Assembly: GCA_032128375.1 (NCBI GenBank)
Contig: JAQBGU010000013.1
Coordinates: forward strand, 1 to 21,466
Reading direction: 5' to 3'
DNA length: 21,466 nucleotides
Source of the DNA: Deltaproteobacteria bacterium
GTDB lineage: Bacteria; Myxococcota_A; UBA9160; SMWR01
The notes beneath the pieces were generated by a model that saw nothing but the letters and a program-made list of their open reading frames with translations, had not been told where the DNA came from and made no database searches. Of this stretch, positions 1-7,482 are shown piece after piece (positions within the stretch are counted from its first letter, which is position 1; each line of letters opens with the position of its first letter). The translations under genes were made by a program, and so were the position numbers.

Positions 1-139
1 CCCCAACGGAGTGAAGGTCACCGATGAACAGATGGAGCAGCTTTGCCTCAAAGCACACACCACACAGCCGGCTCGAAACTACACACTCAAGCCAGCGTCG
101 AGCGCCCATCAAATCAGATAGTTATTGTTGAGTGAGCCC
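1..139 (+). mobile_element. Right end of an ISAzo13-family-like insertion sequence (partial); candidate terminal IR ~121-139, followed by TAA (140-142) as a possible target site
   Basis: Transposase-like C-terminus followed directly by GTTATTGTTGAGTGAGCCC|TAA. The neighbouring minus-strand gene runs into this end and stops inside it. The left end is outside the window, so the IR pair cannot be confirmed. Confidence 0.7.
2..121 (+). CDS. ISAzo13-family (DDE_Tnp_ISAZ013-like) transposase, 3' fragment
   Basis: Frame from position 2 reads PNGVKVTDEQMEQLCLKAHTTQPARNYTLKPASSAHQIR*, resembling the recalled family C-terminal pattern YPxGxKVSDxxMxxLxLxxHxxxxxWNYTxxP. Not in the ORF track because the start is outside the window. 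Confidence 0.75.
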   Translation, partial: PNGVKVTDEQMEQLCLKAHTTQPARNYTLKPASSAHQIR

Positions 140-490
140 TAAGCCAAGCGCAACCGGCATCCAGCGTCGCGCAGCATCGTCCTCGGCCTCGCGCATCACC
201 CGTGCGCCCGCGAGGCCGAACAACATCCACACTTCGAAGTGGACGCCGTTGTAGAGCGCCGCCGCGCCGGGAGCACTCGTGGTCTGGCGAGCCGCTTCGA
301 AACCTTCGACGAGCAGCATACCCATCACCGATGGTGTGTGCAGCGGTTCGCCGATCCAGGCATCGCGGACGAGGAAGGCGAAGCCGACCGTGACCGCGCC
401 CAGCATTCCAGCCTCCATCCACTCGGGCAAGATCAGCGTGGGCCGCGACCGATCGCGGCCGGGATGCTCGGTGCGAAGTGAATCGCGCAT
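122..490 (-). pseudogene. Hypothetical integral membrane protein, probably 3'-truncated by the IS
   Basis: RBS GAGGTGAG before ATG 490, 9 bp downstream of the USP stop. Hydrophobic helices EAGMLGAVTVGFAFLVRD, PLHTPSVMG and YNGVHFEVWMLFGLAGA. The last codons (GLTQQ*) come from the IS end. Confidence 0.6.
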
Positions 491-499
491 ATTCTCACC

Positions 500-943
500 T
501 CAATTGGGCAGCTTCACCGTCATGACCGCGCAGTGCGCCAACCGCAGGGTTTGCTCAGCGACGCTTCCGAGAAGCAGGTGTTTGAGGCCGGTATTTCCTC
601 GCGTCCCCATCACGATCAGATCCGCGCCCACGCGGTCTGCCGCATCGACGATCGCAGACGGCGGTGGTGCCCCGACAAGTTGCGAGCCGACCTTGATTCC
701 CGCCATGCGCACTGTGTCGACAACTCTGGCGAGCTTGGCTGCGGCGGCTTCGCGCGACTGCTCGATGTACGGCTCGGGTATCGCTACCTCGTAAGCGGTA
801 ATCATCGGCACCCGCAGATCGAACGAGTGTACAACGTGGATCTCGGCGCCGAGACCCTTCGCGAGTTCGATAGCGGTATCGACCGCCGCATCGGAGTGAT
901 CCGAAAAATCAACGGCAACAGCGATGGTGCTGATGGGTCGCAT
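500..943 (-). CDS. Universal stress protein (UspA family, ATP-binding type), 147 aa
   Basis: IAVAVDFS N-terminal strand; DLIVMGTRGNTGLKHLLLGSVAE matches G-2x-G-9x-G(S/T). Start moved to ATG 943, which follows RBS GAGGAG. Confidence 0.95.
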   Translation of the reverse strand: MRPISTIAVAVDFSDHSDAAVDTAIELAKGLGAEIHVVHSFDLRVPMITAYEVAIPEPYIEQSREAAAAKLARVVDTVRMAGIKVGSQLVGAPPPSAIVDAADRVGADLIVMGTRGNTGLKHLLLGSVAEQTLRLAHCAVMTVKLPN

Positions 944-974
944 GATTCTCCTCAGACAGTGGATCGTTCGGTAG

Positions 975-999
975 TTTATGTGCATTCTTTATGTGCATT
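975..999. repeat. Tandem duplication TTTATGTGCATT x2 (13-bp period)
   Basis: Copies at 975-986 and 988-999; overlaps the -12 element of the minus-strand sigma54 motif. Confidence 0.9.
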
Positions 1000-1010
1000 A
1001 TTGATGCCAC
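994..1010 (-). promoter_or_regulatory. Putative sigma54 -24/-12 promoter for the usp/membrane-protein pair
   Basis: Minus strand GTGGCATCAATAATGCA, GG-N10-GC, ~50 bp upstream of ATG 943. Confidence 0.7.
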
Positions 1011-1086
1011 TCTTGCGCGAGTCTCGAGAGACCCGAAGGCACTACCATATCTATTGTGCGGCAACGGGTCCCTCGAATTCCGGATT

Positions 1087-1103
1087 CGTACCAAAATGCA
1101 GCA
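1087..1103. promoter_or_regulatory. Candidate enhancer-binding-protein site between divergent sigma54 promoters
   Basis: CGTACCAAAATGCAGCA resembles TGTTCCAATTTGCTACA (4126-4142). Confidence 0.4.
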
Positions 1104-1138
1104 TCTTTGATGCTTGGTAACGCCTCCGTGCGTTCGTT

Positions 1139-1155
1139 TCGGCACGAAATCTGCG
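1139..1155 (+). promoter_or_regulatory. Putative sigma54 -24/-12 promoter for the CDF gene
   Basis: TCGGCACGAAATCTGCG, GG(1141-42)-N10-GC(1153-54), close to consensus TGGCACG-N4-TTGC. Predicted +1 (~1166) lies just before RBS AGGAG (1170-1174). Confidence 0.75.
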
Positions 1156-1183
1156 GAGGAAGGCCGACTAGGAGAATGCGCTA

Positions 1184-2068
1184 ATGGCGGACCCGTCGAC
1201 CCCTGATCGTTTGTGCGAAGAAAGCCGGCGACGAGACCGACGAGTCCGTCGGGTGCTGTGGATCGAGGGCGGCTTCAACGCCGCAGCGATCGCCGCGAAG
1301 GCGCTAGTCGGTATCTCGACCGGCTCGGCGGCCGTGATCGGAGACGCCATCCACTCGCTCGCCGATCTGGCGAACAACGCGGTCGCTTTGGTGGCGATGC
1401 GCCTGGCGTCGCAGCCACCGGACTCGCAGCATCCCTATGGGCACCGAAAATACGAATCTCTGGCAGTCTTTGGAGCAGCAACTCTGTTGTCCGTGTTGGC
1501 GCTCGAGATCGCGCTTCGCGCGTTCGATCCGGCCTCGACGTCGATCACACACTCGTCGTGGAGCCTCGGTGTGATGCTCGCTGTGCTGGGCGGAAATTCT
1601 GTGTTGGCGAGTTGGCAGGGCTACTGGGCGCGGCGCCTGAAGTCAGACATCCTCGCGGCGGACGCGCGGCACACGACGTCTGACGTATTGACGACGGTCG
1701 CCGTGATCGCGGGCTGGCAGTTCGCAGCACGTGGTTACCGCTGGCTCGATACCATAACAGCGATGGCGGTATCGGCACTCATCCTGACGCTCGCGTATGG
1801 GCTGTTTCGACGTGCGATTCCGATTCTCGTCGACGCGCGCGCCGCCGCTCCAGAAGAGCTGACTGCCGTCGTGAACCGGGTCGCTGGTGTCAAGCAGACC
1901 CGTCGCGTTCGGTCACGCAGCGGCCCGAGCCCGTCGGCAGACCTGGTCGTCAGTGTCGACGCCGAAATTTCGACGGCCGCAGCGCATGAAATCGCAGACG
2001 AGATCGAGCGAGTCATCCGTGAGCGGTTCCCGATCAGCGATGTGTCCGTGCACATCGAACCCGAGTGA
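1184..2068 (+). CDS. Cation diffusion facilitator (CDF; FieF/YiiP-like) divalent metal exporter, 294 aa
   Basis: Six TM-like segments; TM2 DAIHSLAD, loop PPDSQHPYGHRKYE, TM5 DARHTTSD, C-terminal AHEIADEIE...VSVHIEP dimerisation domain. Confidence 0.95.
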   Translation: MADPSTPDRLCEESRRRDRRVRRVLWIEGGFNAAAIAAKALVGISTGSAAVIGDAIHSLADLANNAVALVAMRLASQPPDSQHPYGHRKYESLAVFGAATLLSVLALEIALRAFDPASTSITHSSWSLGVMLAVLGGNSVLASWQGYWARRLKSDILAADARHTTSDVLTTVAVIAGWQFAARGYRWLDTITAMAVSALILTLAYGLFRRAIPILVDARAAAPEELTAVVNRVAGVKQTRRVRSRSGPSPSADLVVSVDAEISTAAAHEIADEIERVIRERFPISDVSVHIEPE

Positions 2069-2096
2069 TCTGCCCCCTTCCTCGGGGCGGGCCAGA

Positions 2097-2140
2097 GGCA
2101 CGGCGCCCCATCATTACTTCGTTCAGTGGGGCTACGTGCC
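2097..2140. other. Inverted repeat (possible terminator hairpin or regulator site)
   Basis: GGCACG-gc-GCCCCA...16 nt...TGGGGC-ta-CGTGCC downstream of the CDF stop; no U-tract. Confidence 0.45.
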
Positions 2141-2180
2141 CCGAGGACTGCCTCCAAACCCGTGTCCGTCTCGTTAGGGG

Positions 2181-2197
2181 TAGGCACAGAAGTTGCG
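2181..2197 (+). promoter_or_regulatory. Putative sigma54 -24/-12 promoter for the small peptide/hemerythrin/CBS genes
   Basis: TAGGCACAGAAGTTGCG, GG(2183-84)-N10-GC(2195-96) with TTGC. Confidence 0.75.
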
Positions 2198-2217
2198 ATA
2201 GCTGGTGCGATAGCTGG
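2194..2217. repeat. Perfect tandem duplication TGCGATAGCTGG x2
   Basis: Copies at 2194-2205 and 2206-2217, beginning in the -12 element. Confidence 0.9.
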
Positions 2218-2237
2218 CTTCATTGGAGGAAGCACCC

Positions 2238-2333
2238 ATGACCCGCATTGTCGTACCGCTATTCGTCGTCGCATACACCGGATTGATGATCTTTGCGTTC
2301 ACGCTCCAAGCCCGGATCTGGCATTTGCTCTAA
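2238..2333 (+). CDS. Small single-pass membrane peptide, 31 aa (MTRIVVPLFVVAYTGLMIFAFTLQARIWHLL)
   Basis: RBS GGAGGA (2225-2230) 7 nt before ATG 2238, TAA at 2331-2333, one ~20-aa hydrophobic helix, directly downstream of a sigma54 motif. Too short for the ORF track. Confidence 0.7.
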   Translation: MTRIVVPLFVVAYTGLMIFAFTLQARIWHLL

Positions 2334-2413
2334 GACGAACGGAAGCGCGGACTCTCACCAGCAGCGAGCGTGTCGCCGCAGCGCCCGTGCGTCCGCGGAT
2401 CGAGGTCGAGATC

Positions 2414-2926
2414 GTGGCATCCAAGCCAGGCGCAGAAACTACCGCGCGAACAGGGCGGCGCGCAGCCGCCCCCGGCCCTGACCGCGCGTGGCTTCGGGAG
2501 CTGGACGCGCAGCACCAGAGCCTCAACGGGATCTTCTTGGCGCTGATCGATCGGGTCAATCGTGTTCGCAAGACCGACGATCGAATCGACGCGCATTCGG
2601 ATCTGCTTCGGCTGATCGCGGACGCCGACCTGCTTCTAAGGGCGCACTTCGCCTTCGAGGAAGCGGGCGGGAATCTGAGCGAAGCCTTGGCCGTCGCACC
2701 GCGCCTCGCGCAGCGGGCGGCGGGTCTGCGGCGCGATCACCGCAGGTTTACGACGCGCTTCGCTAGGCTAGCGACGTTCGCCCGAGGGATGCGAGAAGGT
2801 GATGAGAACTGGGAACGCCTCGGGGTCGCGATTGGGGATTTCAACCGAGAGTTACGACTCCACGATTTGGACGAAAACCGACTGGTTCAAGAGGCGTACC
2901 TCGACGATCTCGGGGGTGGTGGTTGA
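2414..2926 (+). CDS. Hemerythrin-like (HHE cation-binding) four-helix protein, ~170 aa
   Basis: Ligand pattern LDAQH...HFAFEE...LRRDH...HDLDEN. Start placed at GTG 2414 after GAGG; the ORF-track extension to 2126 crosses a promoter and the peptide gene. Confidence 0.75.
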   Translation: MASKPGAETTARTGRRAAAPGPDRAWLRELDAQHQSLNGIFLALIDRVNRVRKTDDRIDAHSDLLRLIADADLLLRAHFAFEEAGGNLSEALAVAPRLAQRAAGLRRDHRRFTTRFARLATFARGMREGDENWERLGVAIGDFNRELRLHDLDENRLVQEAYLDDLGGGG

Positions 2927-2979
2927 AAGAACCCCATTTCATCGCCGCGGTCACAGAAGCCTAACCCATGGAGGACATT

Positions 2980-3381
2980 GTGAATCCGAGAGAACGTGTG
3001 GCTTCGAATATCATGCAGACGGACATCCCCAGCGTCAAGGAATCGGACGTACTGGACATTGGCCAACTGCTCCGACTGAGATGGCTGCGCGACATGCCTG
3101 TTGTGAACGGCGCCAAGTTGGTCGGCGTCGTCTCGATCGGCGACCTGCTGCGTGCCTGCATTGTCCAGCTGCAGAACACCGGCCCCAATGCAAGCGACGG
3201 CATCCGCATCGGCGATGTGATGATTCGGGATGTAGTGAGCATCGCTAGAGACGTCACATTGGGCGAAGCGGCCGAGCTGATGAAGTTTCATGAGATCGCG
3301 TTTCTACCGATGGTGGATTCCGATGGTCAGCTGATCGGCTCAGTGACCGAATCGGATCTGGTCACGGCGACGCTTCGGTAG
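2980..3381 (+). CDS. Stand-alone CBS-pair protein, ~133 aa
   Basis: VASNIMQ...MPVV...LVGVVSIGDLL and IGDVM...LPMVD...LIGSVTESDLV. GTG 2980 follows GGAGGA; ATG 2968 is an alternative start. Confidence 0.9.
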   Translation: MNPRERVASNIMQTDIPSVKESDVLDIGQLLRLRWLRDMPVVNGAKLVGVVSIGDLLRACIVQLQNTGPNASDGIRIGDVMIRDVVSIARDVTLGEAAELMKFHEIAFLPMVDSDGQLIGSVTESDLVTATLR

Positions 3382-3543
3382 CGACGTGGAAATCCGACCA
3401 GGAATCGAAATACTACTTGACAGGACGTACCGCCAAACGAAGCTGGTCTACGGATGCCAAAGAGCAGTCCGATTGGAAGACCCAAGAGCGCACCGCCGCG
3501 ATGGATCTTCACGAATACGAATGTACGAATGAAGGAGCCAGCA

Positions 3544-4002
3544 TTGACACGTTTCAAGAAGATCCTGGTACCGATCGACTTCTCCGATCACTCTCGGGCC
3601 GCGCTCGATCTCGCGGTAGAAATGGCTCAGGATGGCGGTGCGACCCTCCAGCTGTTGCATTGCTACCAGATCCAGCCAGGCGGAATTTCTCCATACGGAA
3701 TCCCCCTGCCTTCGGATTACTTCACCGAGCTCCGGGATGCGGCGGCGCGCAAGCTAAACGAGTGGAAACAGGAATTCGTACCCTCCGATGTGAAGAGCGA
3801 CGCAACGTTGAAATCCGATCATCCGTCCGCAGCCATTGCACTCACGGCGGAAGAGACGGGTGCGGACTTGATCGTGATGGGGACGCGGGGCCTTGCCGGA
3901 TTCAAACACGTGTTGCTTGGCAGCACCGCCGAGCGCACGGTGCGCACTGCGCCGTGCCCCGTGTTGACCATCAAGGTTCGCGAAGCACCTGCCTCGAACT
4001 GA
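3544..4002 (+). CDS. Universal stress protein (UspA family, ATP-binding type), ~152 aa
   Basis: FKKILVPIDFS; DLIVMGTRGLAGFKHVLLGSTAE; APCPVLTIK. TTG 3544 is 6 nt after AAGGAG; ATG 3529 is an alternative start. Confidence 0.95.
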   Translation: MTRFKKILVPIDFSDHSRAALDLAVEMAQDGGATLQLLHCYQIQPGGISPYGIPLPSDYFTELRDAAARKLNEWKQEFVPSDVKSDATLKSDHPSAAIALTAEETGADLIVMGTRGLAGFKHVLLGSTAERTVRTAPCPVLTIKVREAPASN

Positions 4003-4125
4003 CCGTCACAAACAGCAGCCAGAACCTGGCTCGCGGCTCGATAGGGCTGGCCTTGGATTTCGCGACCAATGGAAATCGGCGTCGCCCTTTGCCGAGATCG
4101 TCAGTGGTAGCGCAAGATCATGAAT

Positions 4126-4162
4126 TGTTCCAATTTGCTACAGTAAGGGTCAAAATGTCGCA
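4126..4162. promoter_or_regulatory. Candidate tandem enhancer (UAS) sites
   Basis: TGTTCCAATTTGCTACA (4126-4142; 12/17 positions self-complementary) and AGGGTCAAAATGTCGCA (4146-4162), 20 bp apart, upstream of a sigma54 motif. Confidence 0.5.
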
Positions 4163-4200
4163 CAAATTCGGCTGAAATGCCGGCTGGTGCTGCGATCGAC

Positions 4201-4217
4201 TTGGTACGACAGTTGCG
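4201..4217 (+). promoter_or_regulatory. Putative sigma54 -24/-12 promoter for the activator gene
   Basis: TTGGTACGACAGTTGCG, GG(4203-04)-N10-GC(4215-16). Confidence 0.7.
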
Positions 4218-4230
4218 TAGTGAGATAGAC

Positions 4231-5585
4231 ATGAGTACGCCGAACCAACTACTGGTCGTCGATGACGACACCGCGATGCGGGAGATGCTTGCCTCGCTAT
4301 TTCGAGATCGGGGCTACATGGTCTGCGAAGCTGCATCCGCCAATGAAGCCATCGAACAGGCCAGCGACGTGCCGTTCGATGTCATCTTGAGCGATATCCG
4401 GATGCAGGGGAGGTCGGGAATCGAGATGATCGGGGAGCTTCGCGAACTACGCCCCGACACCCCCGTGGTGTTGATGACCGCGTTCGGAAGCATCGATTCA
4501 GCAGTCGAGTCGATGCGAGCTGGCGCGTTCGATTACATCACCAAGCCCTTCGAGCCCGACGCCGTGTTGCTGACCATCGAGCGCGCGCTCGAACGCCGCG
4601 CACTCGAGGAGGAGAACCGGCGTTTGCGTCGCGCTGTCGACCGTACGAGTTCGCTGGGAGACCTGATCGGCGAGAGCCCCGCGATGCGCGAGATCTTCGC
4701 GATGATTCGCAAGGTCGCTCACAGCAGCAGCAATGTTCTGATCACTGGCGAGAGCGGTACGGGCAAAGAAGTGGTCGCGCGAACGATTCACTATCACGGA
4801 ACTCGCGCGAAGCAGCCGTTCATTCCGATCAACTGCACCGCCATACCTGAAGGGCTGCTCGAAAGCGAACTGTTCGGTCACGTTCGCGGAGCGTTTACTG
4901 GTGCACACACCTCGAAGCAAGGCCTTTTCGAAAAGGCGAACGGCGGAACGCTGTTTCTCGACGAGGTCGGCGACATGAGTTTGGTGCTTCAGGGCAAACT
5001 ATTGCGGGTGCTCCAGGATCGCGAGGTCAGACCCGTTGGCGGAACGCAGGTCACCAAACTGGACGTTCGGGTCCTGGCGGCGACCAACAGAAATCTGCAG
5101 TCCGCTATCGACACCGGGGACTTCCGCGAGGACCTCTCTACCGCTTGAACGTGATCCCAATTCACATCCCGCCACTCCGCGAGCGCCCTGAGGATGTTCC
5201 GCCGCTCGCGAACGCATTCGTTGCGAAACACTCGGGTAGCGCGCGCTCGATTTCGCCGGAAGGTCTCGCGCACCTTTCCGCGTTTCCGTGGAAGGGCAAC
5301 GCGCGAGAACTGGAGAACGCAGTCGAACGCGCGCTGGCGCTATCTGATGCGCTGGAGATCGGGAGCGAGGACTTCCTTCTCAACCCGGATGCGAAGCCGG
5401 CTCAGTCGACCAGCTTGCTTCATTCGGCCGCGATCAGTCACATCCCGTTGAGTGAAGTCGAAGACCGCTACATCGAAGAGGTCATGCAGATCACCGGCGG
5501 CAACAAGGTGCAGGCCGCAAAAATCCTCGGTGTCGATCGAAAGACGCTCTACCGGCGTGCGGCCAGAAGGGACGATCGCCCGTAG
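4231..5585 (+). pseudogene. NtrC/AtoC-family sigma54-dependent response regulator (REC-AAA+-Fis HTH) with a 1-bp deletion at ~5137
   Basis: LLVVDDD/SDIRM/TAF/KPF receiver, GESGTGKE, ESELFGH, GAFTGA, FLDE. The motif FREDLxYRLNV is split as gac ctc tc tac cgc ttg aac; the second frame has WKGNARELEN and GGNKVQAAKILGVDRKTLYR. Could be a sequencing error. Confidence 0.9.
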
Positions 5586-5741
5586 CCACCTCGCGCCTGT
5601 CTGAGGAGAGTGGATCCAACTAACGCCTGTCACCGAAATTGGTTGATTGAGCTACACCCGTGCCGCCCAGCAACGCGCAGCCTCAGAACTGGGGCTGATT
5701 GAACCGGAGACGGGCACATCCGGGCGGCATGCAACTTGGGC

Positions 5742-6805
5742 ATGACCCGACCGGCTCTGCTCACATTGCTATTCGCGACGAACTTCGCATTGATTGGTGC
5801 GGTTGGTGCGGTTGGTGGTGAAGCCGAGCAGACCACGAGCGAACCGGCCCTCGTCGCGACCCAGTTGCTGACCGCATCGCGGCACGAAGTTGAGCTTTCA
5901 CAGAGAGTGGGCGCTCTGCTGGCCGGGAATCAACAGACCCTGGCTTTCGAAAACACCGGGCCGCCTGGAGACGCTCACAGCCGAAGGCGAGCATGTGACG
6001 CGCGGGGAGCTGGTGGCTCGGCTCGATGATTCTCTCGAGCGACTCAAGCTTCGCCGTGCCGAAATCCTGCTGACGAAGGCGCGTACTGAGCTCGAGCGTT
6101 TCTCCCACCTTGCAGAAAACGTATCACGAGCCCGGCCGCTCTTGAGGACGCAGAATCCAGCGTCGCGCTGCAGCTCGCTGAACGAGACCTTGCGCGCGAG
6201 CAATTGAGGCGGATGCAGTTTGTGGCGCCCTTCGACGGATTCGTGGTCGAACATCTGCGCGACCCGGGCGAATTCGTGCACGCTGGATCGGCGGTTGCGT
6301 CACGGATGGGACCTGGATACGGTTCGACTCGAAATCGGAGTTCCCGGCTATCAGTGCTCACGCGTCGCGGTCGGGCAACGAGTCGCGGTGTCTGTCGCAG
6401 CTCTTCCCAGCGATCGCTTCACTGGAAGGGTTCGACGGGTGTCGAGTGCGGCTGCACAGCGCAGTCACCTGTTCGAAGTTCGAGATCGAGATCTCGAACC
6501 GGGATGGGCGACTCGCGCCAGGAATGACGGCGCGCGCGCGGATACTGCTAGCGGTCCTCGAAGACGCGATCGCCGTACCCATCGAGGCACTCGTCGACCG
6601 GGGCGGCCAGCGCACGGCCTATTTCGCATCGGATGGCCACGCACGCGAAGTCGACGTGTCGAAATACGTGCCGCACGACGGAGTCATCCTGCTCTCCGCT
6701 GACGTGCCGTTTCGGGAACTCATCGTGGCCGGCCAGCGGACGCTGCGGGACGGCCAGCCACTGCGAATCGACGGCAGTGTGCTGAGACAGGCGGCGGACC
6801 GATGA
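5742..6805 (+). pseudogene. RND efflux periplasmic adaptor (MFP/AcrA-like) with four frameshifts (~5959, ~6118, ~6309, ~6480)
   Basis: Stitched frames give signal region, GRLETLTAEGEHVTRGELVARLD, APFDGFVV...PGEFVHAG, FTGRV...FEVEIEISNRDGRLAPGMTA and AIAVPIEALV; ATGA overlap with the next gene. Confidence 0.85.
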
Positions 6806-7295
6806 AGATTTTCGATCGTTCAATCGATCGCCCGCTGCCGATCTTTCTCGCCGCGTTTCTCTTGGTCGGGCTCGGTGTCTGGTCGCTGCTCGAGCTCCCG
6901 GTTCGGCGCAACCCCCGAGGTCGGGATCCCGGTCGTCATCGTCGCCACCTCCTACGCGGGTGCAGGGCCAGACGAGGTGGAGTCGGAAATCACGTTGGAA
7001 CTCGAGGAAGAACTCAATTCGATCGACGACCTCCGGCACCTCAGCTCCGTGTCCCGCGAGGGAGTATCGACGCAGTTTCTGGAATTCGAAGATCGTACCG
7101 ACCTGAGGTTCGGAGTTCTGGATCCCGCTGGGTGTAGCGATCATCTCGGGGCTTTCGGGCGCCTCGGTGCTGACGCTCTTCGTTGTTCCGATCCTGTACG
7201 CAATCCTCGATGGAATCACGCCTGTCTGGGGCCGTGAGAGGAATCGGGCGTTCCCACTTCATGCGTCTTCGGGCCAATCATCGACTCGCACCTAG
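6802..7295 (+). pseudogene. AcrB/AcrD/AcrF-family RND permease remnant: first ~100 codons joined out of frame to the last TM helix
   Basis: N-terminus MKIFDRSIDRP...LPVRRNP/EVGIPVVIVATSYAGAGPDEVESEIT...SREGVS...EFED (extra C in 6912-6916). From 7107 another frame reads GSEFWIPLGVAIISGLSGASVLTLFVVPILYA...*, the AcrB TM12 pattern. Confidence 0.85.
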
Positions 7296-7333
7296 CGGCT
7301 CAAAGAACCATTTCGCTCCGACATCTCTGAAAT

Positions 7334-7350
7334 TGAGTCGATTTGCCTCA
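7334..7350. promoter_or_regulatory. Candidate enhancer site upstream of the Nap-like operon
   Basis: TGAGTCGATTTGCCTCA, imperfect palindrome with the same 17-bp layout as 4126-4142. Confidence 0.4.
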
Positions 7351-7409
7351 CTGGGCTGCGCCAACTCCCCGCGAATGCGAGGTAGGCGCAGCTTGTGCGG
7401 GCTCGCAGA

Positions 7410-7426
7410 ACGGTACACGCCTTGCA
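7410..7426 (+). promoter_or_regulatory. Putative sigma54 -24/-12 promoter for the Nap-like operon
   Basis: ACGGTACACGCCTTGCA, GG(7412-13)-N10-GC(7424-25) with TTGCA, ~57 bp before the GTG start. Confidence 0.7.
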
Positions 7427-7482
7427 GTTGCCGATGGCTGTGACGTTCTGCTGATCCAATTCAAGATCGATGGAGGTTGCGC

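Noticed and set aside
1176..1184. Mini-ORF ATG-CGC-TAA overlapping the CDF start
   Set aside because: Too close to the RBS and to the predicted transcript start to be initiated; ATG 1184 has normal spacing.
2126..2413. N-terminal 96 aa of the 266-aa ORF
   Set aside because: Crosses a sigma54 motif and the 31-aa peptide gene, has no RBS, and is not domain-like.
3417..3445. Sigma70 promoter from a perfect TTGACA upstream of the second usp
   Set aside because: No convincing -10 hexamer at 16-18 bp spacing.
5130..5150. Programmed ribosomal frameshift in the activator
   Set aside because: No slippery heptamer or evident stimulatory structure; a 1-bp loss in a conserved motif explains it.
5597..5702. 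Small ORF after GAGGAG (GTG 5610) and a 13-bp match CTGTCTGAGGAGA to the usp leader
   Set aside because: RBS-to-start spacing is only about 1 nt, the peptide has no features, and the match is largely the SD sequence.
5724..5740. Sigma54-like motif GCGGCATGCAACTTGGG before the RND adaptor
   Set aside because: Has GG-N10-GG instead of GC, and +1 would fall inside the CDS; at best a decayed site.
7451..7464. FNR-like box CTGAT-CCAA-TTCAA
   Set aside because: 8/10 match with a mismatch in each half and located downstream of the predicted sigma54 start; too weak to call, though a repressive role is not excluded.
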